Shown here in pieces: positions 1-11,700 of a DNA stretch of 64,000 nucleotides. The DNA is taken from contig CM120646.1 of assembly GCA_051362555.1 (NCBI GenBank), forward strand, positions 9,238,001 to 9,302,000, read 5' to 3'. The first letter of the stretch is position 1. The number at the start of each line of letters is the position of its first letter. The stretch comes from Lingula anatina. Lineage: Eukaryota; Animalia; Brachiopoda. A program made the translations under genes and the position numbers. The notes beneath the pieces were generated by a model that did not search any database, was not told the origin of the DNA, and saw only the letters and a list, made by a program, of their open reading frames with translations.

Positions 1-1211
1 AATTTACATGTCTGGGAATTATATTTGTGAACACTACACGCCTTCCCTTTTTACCAGAAAAAAAAATACATTTTTTTTTCTTTTATCACGTTGGAGACAT
101 TCACTCTACATTATATTTACAACATATGTACAAAGCTAAGAACGTTAATAAAAGAACACGTTACAGACAGGCCCGGAGGAAAACCAGAGATAAAACCCTT
201 TAATTCATATCTTTCTTTATCAATTTAGGGAAAAATAGCTCTGGAAACCGGGCAAATGAGCGCCTTATATTTTAAAGTCTTTAAAATTCATTTGAGTCTT
301 TTAGTGTTTAGTCTTTCAATGGAATCATCGGCAAAACGGCGGGGTCCACCACTCTCGGCTGTATAGTTACTTGGGTTCCAGGACGCAGGACTGATAGGTC
401 TAATGGATCGAAGCGCTGGAAACCCTCAGCCTTGGATACGCGGCAGGCGGCGGGTCGGAGGCGATGACACAGGCACGGCGATGCAGGGACCATTCACTAT
501 CACCTGAAACGAGACACAGGGGAAAATAAACTTTCTTCGTTATAAAAAGTTTCATCGTCTTTTTTTTTCATACTTAAACCTTTCTTCAGTTGTATCTACG
601 TTCAACATACATCTGTCATTACTCCTTTTTTTAATATGCATATACCGTATAAGCATTAATTTTAGGGAAAAAATTCTAACCCATTTATTCCAGGGAAACA
701 ATTCCAATCACAAGCTCGCCACAATAATAATATTGATAATAAACAAAGTCAATCAGGGCTAATATGAAGAGGAAAAACACCACCTATCATCCCAGACAAC
801 AGGAAAACCCACAGTTAGACCTAATCAAGCTACCAGCACCGCCAAGACCGTATCAAGCTACCAGCGCCGTCTCGGCCTGCCTCATCAGCAACACTTGGCC
901 ATATGCTGCAGATAAAACTATGTGAGCTACCAGTGCCGTCATGGTCTGTGTCTGCCAGCAATATCCGGCCCATATTTCCAGCAAAACTCTGTATGTTTCC
1001 GAAGTCACAGGACACCCGTCGTATCGATCATCATGGCTGGTTACTCAAACAACAACAAGATATTAGCAAGACAAAATCTCTACCCAGTTCCCACAGAACA
1101 CGGTTCTGCTACCTATCCCTTCGTGGGCAGGCATCAACATAAAAAAAATACCTGGTCTAAATTACCAGTCCCGACACTCCAACGTGGAGCATGGTACCCT
1201 TAAAGAAATTA

Positions 1212-1414
1212 TCTGGTCTTACTTGTATTTATCCATCGGTGGACCTAAATTAACAAGCAGCCCTACGTCGCTAGGAACATACCAGAATTTTTCACTCCCA
1301 TACGGAAGCAGGGAACCATTTTAAATAAATAATAAAACATCTGGTCTTACTTGCATTTATCCATCGGTGGACCCAAATTAACAAGCAGCCCTACGTCGCT
1401 AGGAATGTACCAGA
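1212..1414 (-). repeat. Two 75-bp direct repeats (1212-1286, 1340-1414; period 128) with predicted three-way-junction structure
   Basis: Closing stem TCTGGT...ACCAGA, long hairpin CTTGT-ATTTA-TCCA-tcgg-TGGA-cc-TAAAT-ta-ACAAG, short hairpin CCTA-cgtcgc-TAGG. Also present at 18896-19098. Confidence 0.8.
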
Positions 1415-2655
1415 TCTTCTGCTCCTATTACTTAACAGCAGGATAACCTTAAAAAATAAATACTGGGTCTCTAACCTCACTTCGAGATAAACTAACCTGT
1501 TTTCACCAGGCCATATGAGCCTCCTTCCTTCATTACCCGTCACGACGTTTAATTGTCCTCTCGCATAATATAAAAGTCCAAAAGTACACGTGTTTGTCTG
1601 TCCGTGTGTCCGTTTATAATTACTGTCTGCCTACGCACGTGCCTTGCCTAAACCAGTTCGGTCCGGTTTATTTCGACACCCGTTTTAATATTCCCATTAT
1701 AGACCAAAGCTTTGATATTGCCTCTATATTCAAATTTGCCTAAGAACGCTTCCCTTATCACCACGAATGCCGCTTCTTATCTACGTTACCAAATTCTGAT
1801 AATCTCCAACTATTACATGTAATTCGATCGGCGCAATTAGCAAACACTTGAAGTTCCTTATCTTACCGCTTGTCTCTGTCGGCCCTCGCACGACAGTTAT
1901 AATAAATAGCACAATAGCCTGTATACCTCTGAACGTTACAAATTTTAAAATCCGATCAAGACCATATCAACGTAAAACCCTTATTTTACTACGAAGAAAT
2001 TTCGTCAATCACCGAATCAACGCAACAATAACCCGAAAACATGCCAAAATACAACAACGACACCACAATACGATATATACTACACTGTACCAACAACGCA
2101 AAACTTCTCTTAAATTTTTCGCTATGCAATCCTGAATATATCAAGAAATACAGGTAGAAACCATCTACGACTGCCACGTAACACCAGTGCATTTTTCATG
2201 CACTAACGATCTCTTGTGTCTTACAAAAAAAAGTAATCTGCCTAAACATTTCATGTACCGTAATTACGTGACCCTTAACCAACAATTTTGCGACTTACAT
2301 ATAAAATCGACTTAAACTGGAGGAGCCGTTTATTCCTCTCTTACTATCATAAAATTTTACTTGAAATCGGCCAAGTCTCTCCTACTTTGCACTGAATTTG
2401 GAAAGCTTTTAATTAATCTTAACATGAATACCACGGCACGAAAAGCCGTTAATACTAACGAAATTTACGCAAAATCCAAAATTAAAATACCAGTTACTAC
2501 AAGTTACAAACAATAAGTCATACTTACTGGCCGGTAGGTGATACTGCCTGGCCGACCGATCTTCGCTGCACGAAGACATACCCTTTCTATACTTACCTTC
2601 CCTTCTGGCCATTTTGTGTCTAGTCAGATCTTCCTTGTGCGCATTGGAACGTAAA

Positions 2656-2672
2656 CTGGCGAAGCTCAGCCA
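2656..2672 (-). promoter_or_regulatory. Putative primer-binding site (degenerate, tRNA-Arg-like)
   Basis: Minus strand ...TAACA-tatt-TGGCTGAGCTTCGCCAG directly follows the LTR end. It resembles TGGCGAGCCAGCCAG, the complement of the tRNA-Arg(ACG) 3' end, but with indels. Same site at 25276-25292. Confidence 0.5.
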
Positions 2673-2720
2673 AATATGTTATGTACCTTTACATATACAT
2701 ATGAGATGAATGTCCTAAAC

Positions 2721-5700
2721 TATGTCTGTGCATATCATGATCACTGTATGTGTTTGTTGTTATTTTTTGTGTCTGTACATATTATGATCACTGTATGTGC
2801 TTATGTTGCTACTCTTAGTTTTTATACATATCGTGATCACTGTATGTGTTTATGCCGTTACTGTTTGTGTCTTTATATATTTTGATCACTGTATGTGTTT
2901 ATGCCATTACTGTTTGTGTCTTTATATATTTTGATCACTGTACATGTTTATGTTGTTACTGTTTGTGTCTGTACATATTATGATCACTGTACGTGTTTAT
3001 GTTGTTACTGTTTGTGTCTTTATATATTTTGCTCACTGTACATGTTTATGTTGTTACTGTTTGTGTCTGTACATAATATGATCACTGTACGTGTTTATGT
3101 TGTTACTGTTTGTGTCTGTGCATATCATGATCACTCTATGTTTTTGTTGTTAGTTTTTGTGTCTGTACATATTGTGATCACTGTATTTGTTTATGTTGTT
3201 ACTGTTTGTGTCTGTACATATTATGATCACTGTACGTTTTTATGTTGTTACTGTTTGTGTCTTTATATATTTTGCTCACTGTACATGTTTATGTTGTTAC
3301 TGTTTGTGTCTGTACATAATTTGATCACTGTACGTGTTTATGTTGTTACTGTTTGTGTCTGTGCATATCATGATCACTGTATGTTTTTGTTGTTAGTTTT
3401 TGTGTCTGTACATATTGTGATCACTGTATTTGTTTATGTTGTAACTGTTTGTGTCTTTACATATCATTATATCACTATTTGTGTTTATGTTGTTACTGTA
3501 TGTGTCTGTACATATTATGATCAATGTGTTTGCTTATATTGTTACTGTTTGTACATATTATGATCAATGTGAATATTTATGTTGTTACTGTTTGTGTCTG
3601 TAAATATTATGATCACTGTATATGTTAATGTTGTTACTGTTTGTGTCTGTACATATTGTAATCACTTTATGTGTTTATGATAGTACTGTTTGTGTCTGTA
3701 CATATTATGACCACTGTGTCTGTACATATTATGATCACTGTGTGCTTATGTTGTTACTTTCTGTGTCTGTACATATTGTGATCACTGTGTATGCTTATGT
3801 TGTTACTGTTTGTGTCTCTACATATTGTGATCACTGTGTGTGTGTTTATGTTGTTACTGTTTGTGTCTGTACATATTGTAATCACTGTGTGTGTTTATGT
3901 TCTAACTGTTTGTGTTTGTACATATTATGATCACTGTGTATGCTTATCTTGTTATTGTTTGTGTCTGTACATATTGTGATCACTGTATGTCTTAATGTTG
4001 TTACTGTTTGTGTCTGTACATATTATGATCACTGTGTGTGTTTATGTTCTTACTGTTTGTGTTTGTAAATATTATGATCACTGTGTATGCTGATGTTTGT
4101 GTATATATTATGAATACTGTTTTTGTTTATGTTCTAAATGTTTGTGTCTGTAGAGTTTGTGTTCACTGTATTTATTTATGTTGTTATTTTTTGTCTGTAC
4201 ATATTGTGATCACTGTGTGTGTTTATGTTGTTACTGTTTGTGTCTGTACATATTGTTTATGTTGTTACTGTTTCTGTCTGTACATATTATGATCACTGTA
4301 TGTGTTAACGTTGTAACTGTTTGTGTCTGTACATATTTTGATCACTGAGTATGCTGATGTTGTTACTGTGTGTGTCTGTACATATTGTGATCAGTGTATG
4401 TGTTTATGTTCTTACTGTTTGTGTATGTACATATTGTGATCACTGTATGCTGATGTTGTTACTGTTTGTGTCTGTACATATTTTGATAACTGTTGGTGTT
4501 TATGTTATTACTGTTTGTGTATGTACATATTGTATTCACTTTATGTGTTTATGTTGTTACTGTTCTCTTTGTACATATTGTGATAACTGTATTTGTTTAT
4601 GTTGTTACTGTTTGTGTATGTACATATTGTGATCACTGTGTATGCTTATGTTGTTACTGTTTGTGTCTCTACATATTGTGATCACTGTATGTGTTTATGT
4701 TGTTAATGTTTGTGTCTGTACATATTGTGATCACTTTATGTGTTTATGATAGTACTGTTTGTGTCTGTACATATTATGATCACTGTGTATGCTTATGTTG
4801 TTACTGTTTGTCTCTGTACATATTGTGATCACTGTATGTGTTTATATTCTTACTGTTTTTGTATGTACATATCGTGATTACTGTAAATGTTTATGTTATG
4901 ACTGTTTGTGTCTGTACATATTGCGATCACTGTGTATGTTAATGTTGTAACTGTTCCTGTCTTTACATATTTTGATCACTGTATGTGTTTATGTTGTTAC
5001 TGTTTTTGTCTGTACATATTATGACCATTGTGTTTGTTTATATTGTTAATGTTTGTTTCTGTATATATTGTGATCACTGTATGTGCTTATGTTGTTAGTG
5101 TTTGTGTCTGTACATATTATGATCACTGTGTTTGCTTATGTTGTATCTGTTTGTACATATTATGATCAATTTGAATATTTATGTTGTTACTGTTTGTGTC
5201 TGTACATATTATGATCACTGTATAGGTTAATGTTGTTACTGTTTGTGTCTGTACATATTGTAATCACTTTAGGTGTTTATGATAGTACTGTTTGTGTCTG
5301 TACATATTATGATCACTGTGTATGCTTATGTTGTTACTGTTTGTGTCTGTACATATAGTGGTCTCTGTATGTGTTAATGTTGTTACTCTTTGTGTCTGTA
5401 CACATTGTGATCACTGTGAGTGTTTATGTTCTTACTGTTTGTGTTTGTACATCTCATGATCACTGTGTCTGTACATATTATGGTCACTGTGTATGTTTAT
5501 GTTGTTACTTTTTGTGTGTGTACATATTGTTATCATTGTGTATGCTTTTGTTGTTACTGTTTGTGTCTCTACATATTGTGATCACTGTGTGTGTGTTTAT
5601 GTTTTTACTGTTTGTGTCTGTACATATTGTGATCACTTTATGTGTTTATGATAGTACTGTTTGTGTCTGTACATATTATGATCACTATGTATGCTCATGT

Positions 5701-8700
5701 TGTTATTGTTTGTGTCTCTACATATTGTGATCACTGTATGTGTTAATGTTCTTACTGTTTGTGTCTATACATATTATGATCACTGTATGTGTAAATGTTG
5801 TTACTGTTTGTGTCTGTACATATTGTGATCAGTGTGTGTGTTTATGTTGTTACTGTTTGTGTCTGTACATAATGTTATCACTGTATGCGTTTATGTTCTT
5901 ACTGTTTTTGTCTGTACATATTGCAATCAACGTGTATGTTTTTGTTGTAACAGTTACTGTCTTATCATATTCTGATCACTGTATGTGTTTATATTGTTAC
6001 TGTTTGTGTCTGCACATATTTTGATAACTGTTTTTGTTTATGTTCTTAGTCTTTGTGTCTGTACATATCTTTATCACTGTAGGTGTTTATGTTATTACTG
6101 TTTGTGTCTGTACATATTATGATTACTGTGTTTGTTTATGTTGTTAATGTTTGTTTGTGTGTATATTGTGATCAATGTGTATGTTTGTGTTGTTACTGTT
6201 TGTGTCTGTACATATTGTTTATGTTCTTACTGTTTGTGTCTGTACATATTGTATTCACTGTATGTGTTTATGATGTTAATGTTTGTGTCTGTACATATTG
6301 TGATCACTGTATGTTAATGTTGTTACTGTTTGTGTCTGTACATATTGTGATCACTGTGAGTGTTTATGTTCTTACTGTTTGTGTTTGTACATCTCATGAT
6401 CACTGTGTCTGTACATATTATGGTCACTGTGTATGTTTATGTTGTTTCTTTTTGTGTGTGTACATATTGTGATCACTGTGTATGCTTTTGTTGTTACTGT
6501 TTGTGTCTCTACATATTGTGATCACTGTGTGTGTGTTTATGTTGTTACTGTTTGTGTCTGTACATATTGTGATCACTGTGTGTGTTTATGTTCTAACTGT
6601 TTGTGTTTGTACATATTATGATCACTGTGTATGCTTATCTTGTTATTGTTTGTGTCTGTACATATTGTGATCACTGTATGTCTTAATGTTGTTACTGTTT
6701 GTGTCTGTACATATTATGATCACTGTGTGTGTTTATGTTCTTACTGTTTATGTTTGTAAATATTATGATCACTGTGTATGCTGATGTTTGTGTATATATT
6801 ATGAATACTGTTTTTGTTTATGTTCTTAATGTTTGTGTCTGTAGAGTTTGTGTTCACTGTATTTATTTATGTTGTTATTTTTTGTCTGTACATATTGTGA
6901 TCACTGTGTGTGTTTATGTTGTTACTGTTTCTGTCTGTACATATTGTTTATGTTGTTACTGTTTCTGTCTGTACATATTATGATCACTGTATGTGTTAAC
7001 GTTGTAAATGTTTGTGTCTGTACATATTTTGATCACTGAGTATGCTGATGTTGTTACTGTGTGTGTCTTTACATATTGTGATCAGTGTATGTGTTTATGT
7101 TCTAACTGTTTGTGTATGTACATATTGTGATCACTGTATGCTGATGTTGTTACTGTTTGTGTCTGTACATATTTTGATAACTGTTGGTGTTTATGTTATT
7201 ACTGTTTGTGTATGTACATATTGTATTCACTTTATGTGTTTATGTTGTTACTGTTCTCTTTGTACATATTGTGATAACTGTATTTGTTTATGTTGTTACT
7301 GTTTGTGTATGTACATATTGTGATCACTGTGTATGCTTATGTTGTTACTGTTTGTGTCTCTACATATTGTGATCACTGTATGTGTTTATGTTGTTAATGT
7401 TTGTGTCTGTACATATTGTGATCACTTTATGTGTTTATGATAGTACTGTTTGTGTCTGTACATATTATGATCACTGTGTATGCTTATGTTGTTACTGTTT
7501 GTCTCTGTACATATTGTGATCACTGTATGTGTTTATATTCTTACTGTTTTTGTATGTACATATCGTGATTACTGTAAATGTTTATGTTATGACTTTTTGT
7601 GTCTGTACATATTGCGATCACTGTGTATGTTAATGTTGTAACTGTTCCTGTCTTTACATATTCTGATCACTGTATGTGTTTATGTTGTTACTGTTTTTGT
7701 CTGTACATATTATGACCATTGTGTTTGTTTATATTGTTAATGTTTGTTTCTGTATATATTGTGATCACTGTATGTGCTTATGTTGTTAGTGTTTGTGTCT
7801 GTACATATTATGATCACTGTGTTTGCTTATGTTGTAACTGTTTGTACATATTATGATCAATTTGAATATTTATGTTGTTACTGTTTGTGTCTGTACATAT
7901 TATGATCACTGTATAGGTTAATGTTGTTACTGTTTGTGTCTGTACATATTGTAATCACTTTAGGTGTTTATGATAGTACTGTTTGTGTCTGTACATATTA
8001 TGATCACTGTGTATGCTTATGTTGTTACTGTTTGTGTATGTACATATATTGGTCTCTGTATGTGTTAATGTTGTTACTGTTTGTGTCTGTACACATTGTG
8101 ATCACTGTGAGTGTTTATGTTCTTACTGTTTGTGTTTGTACATCTCATGATCACTGTTTCTGTACATATTATGGTCACTGTGTATATTAATGTTGTTACT
8201 GTTTGTGTCTGTACATATTATGATCACTGTGTATGCTCATTTTGTTATTATTTTTTTGTCTGTACATATTGTGAACACTTTATGTGTTAATGTTGTTACT
8301 GTTTGTGTCTGTACATATTGTGATCACTGTATGTGTTAATTTTGTTACTGTTGTTGCTGTACATATTATGATCACTGTGTGTGTTTATGTTCTTACTGTT
8401 TGTGTTCGTACATATTGTGATCACTGTGTATGCTGATGTTGTACCTGTTTGTGTATATATAATGATAATTGTATGTGCTTATGTTGCTACTCTTTGTGTC
8501 TGTACATATCGTTATCACTGTATCTGTTTATGTTGTTACTGTTTGTGTCTGTACATTTTATAATCACAATGTGTGTTTATGTTGTGGATGTTTGTGTCTG
8601 TACATATCGTTATCACTGTATGTGTTTATGTTCTTACTGTTTTTGTCTGTACATATTGCAATCAATGTGTTTGTTTATGTTGTAACAGTTCCTGTCTTTA

Positions 8701-11700
8701 CATATTCTGATCACTGTATGTGTTTATATTGTTACTGTTTATGTCTGTACATATTATGATCACTGTATGTGCTTATGTTGCTACTCTTTGTGTCTGTACA
8801 TATTGTTATTACTGTATGTGTGGATGTTATTACTGTTTGTGTCTGTACATATTATGATTACTGTGTTTGTTTATGTTGTTAATGTTTGTTTGTGTGTATA
8901 TTGTGATCAATGTGTATGTTTGTGTTGTAACTGTTTGTGTCTGTACATATTGTTTATGTTCTTACTGTTTGTGTCTATACATATTATGATCACTGTATGT
9001 GTAAATGTTGTTACTGTTTGTGTCTGTACATATTTTGATCAGTGTGTGTGTTTTTTTGTTGTTACTGTTTGTGTCTGTACATATCGTTATCACTGTATGT
9101 GTTTATGTTCTTACTGTTTGTGTCTGTACATATTGCAATCAACGTGTATGTTTATGTTGTAACAGTTCCTGTCTTTACATATTCTGATCACTGTATGTGT
9201 TTATATTGTTACTGTTTATGTCTGTACATATTATGATCACTGTATGTGCTTATGTTGCTACTCTTTGTGTCTGTACATATTGTTATTACTGTATGTGTGG
9301 ATGTTATTACTGTTTGTGTCTGTACATATTATGATTACTGTGTTTGTTTATGTTGTTAATGTTTGTTTGTGTGTATATTGTGATCAATGTGTATGTTTGT
9401 GTTGTAACTGTTTGTGTCTGTACATATTGTTTATGTTCTTACTGTTTGTGTCTATACATATTATGATCACTGTATGTGTAAATGTTGTTACTGTTTGTGT
9501 CTGTACATATTTTGATCAGTGTGTGTGTTTTTTTGTTGTTACTGTTTGTGTCTGTACATATCGTTATCACTGTATGTGTTTATGTTCTTACTGTTTGTGT
9601 CTGTACATATTGCAATCAACGTGTATGTTTATGTTGTAACAGTTCCTGTCTTTACATATTCTGATCACTGTATGTGTTTATATTGTTACTGTTTGTGTCT
9701 GCACATATTTTGATAACTGTTTTTGTTTATGTTCTTAGTCTTTGTGTCTGTACATATCTTTATCACTGTAGGTGTTTATGTTATTACTGTTTGTGTCTGT
9801 ACATATTATGATTACTGTGTTTGTTTATGTTGTTAATGTTTGTTTGTGTGAATATTGTGATCAATGTGTATGTTTGTGTTGTAAATGTTTGTGTCTGTAC
9901 ATATTGTTTATGTTCTTACTGTTTGTGTCTGTACATATTGTATTCACTGTATGTGTTTATGATGTTAATGTTTGTGTCTGTACATATTGTGATCACTGTA
10001 TGTTAATGTTGTTACTGTTTGTGTCTGTACATATTGTGATCACTGTGAGTGTTTATGTTCTTACTGTTTGTGTTTGTACATCTCATGATCACTGTGTCTG
10101 TACATATTATGGTCACTGTGTATGTTTATGTTGTTTCTTTTTGTGTGTGTACATATTGTGATCACTGTGTATGCTTTTGTTGTTACTGTTTGTGTCTCTA
10201 CATATTGTGATCACTGTGTGTGTGTTTATGTTGTTACTGTTTGTGTCTGTACATATTGTGATCACTGTGTGTGTTTATGTTCTAACTGTTTGTGTTTGTA
10301 CATATTATGATCACTGTGTATGCTTATCTTGTTATTGTTTGTGTCTGTACATATTGTGATCACTGTATGTCTTAATGTTGTTACTGTTTGTGTCTGTACA
10401 TATTATGATCACTGTGTGTGTTTATGTTCTTACTGTTTATGTTTGTAAATATTATGATCACTGTGTATGCTGATGTTTGTGTATATATTATGAATACTGT
10501 TTTTGTTTATGTTCTTAATATTTGTGTCTGTAGAGTTTGTGTTCACTGTATTTATTTATGTTGTTATTTTTTGTCTGTACATATTGTGATCACTGTGTGT
10601 GTTTATGTTGTTACTGTTTCTGTCTGTACATATTATGATCACTGTATGTGTTAACGTTGTAACTGTTTGTGTCTGTACATATTTTGATCACTGTGTATGC
10701 TGATGTTGTTACTGTGTGTGTCTATACATATTGTGATCAGTGTATGTGTTTATGTTCTTACTGTTTGTGTATGTACATATTGTGATCACTGTATGCTGAT
10801 GTTGTTACTGTTTGTGTCTGTACATATTTTGATAACTGTTGGTGTTTATGTTATTACTGTTTGTGTATGTACATATTGTATTCACTTTATGTGTTTATGT
10901 TGTTAATGTTTGTGTCTGTACATATTGTGATCAGTGTATGTTAATGTTGTTACTGTTCTCTGTGTACATATTGTGATAACTGTATTTGTTTATATTGTTA
11001 CTGTTTGTGTATGTACATATTGTGATCACTGTGTATGCTTATGTTGTTACTGTTTGTGTCTCTACATATTGTGATCACTGTATGTGTTTATGTTGTTAAT
11101 GTTTGTGTCTGTACATATTGTGATCACTTTATGTGTTTATGATAGTACTGTTTGTGTCTGTACATATTATGATCACTGTGTATGCTTATGTTGTTACTGT
11201 TTGTCTCTGTACATATTGTGATCACTGTATGTGTTTATATTCTTACTGTTTTTGTATGTACATATCGTGATTACTGTAAATGTTTATGTTATGACTCTTT
11301 GTGTCTGTACATATTGCGATCACTGTGTATGTTAATGTTGTAACTGTTCCTGTCTTTACATATTCTGATCACTGTATGTGTTTATGTTGTTACTGTTTTT
11401 GTCTGTACATATTATGACCATTGTGTTTGTTTATATTGTTAATGTTTGTTTCTGTATATATTGTGATCACTGTATGTGGTTATGTTGTTAGTGTTTGTGT
11501 CTGTACATATTATGATCACTGTGTTTGCTTATGTTGTAACTGTTTGTACATATTATGATCAATTTGAATATTTATGTTGTTACTGTTTGTGTCTGTACAT
11601 ATTATGATCACTGTATAGCTTAATGTTGTTACTGTTTGTGTCTGTACATATTGTAATCACTTTAGGTGTTTATGATAGTACTGTTTGTGTCTGTACATAT

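Larger units (their letters stand above)
1..2720 (-). mobile_element. Non-autonomous Gypsy-like LTR retroelement, copy 1 (3' LTR runs off the window edge; 5' LTR reduced to a 44-bp stub)
   Basis: 1-38 match the TACA-ending edge of the complete LTR at 17184-17724. PPT at 39-52 (minus AAAAAGGGAAGGCG, followed by TGTAG). On minus, TGGCTGAGCTTCGCCAG lies 4 nt after the LTR stub 2677-2720. No recognisable RT or integrase ORF. Near-identical to 17687-19899 + 24836-25340. Confidence 0.8.

Noticed and set aside
846-895. Hammerhead-like CTGATGAGGCAGGCCGAGAC on minus (retrozyme idea)
   Set aside because: The core has GAGAC instead of GAAAC, stem II is minimal, and stems I and III do not pair around the nearby GTC.
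903-1203. Plus-strand ORFs of 79 and 93 aa, identical in both copies
   Set aside because: Identity reflects the recent duplication. They are antisense to the element and have no recognisable domain.
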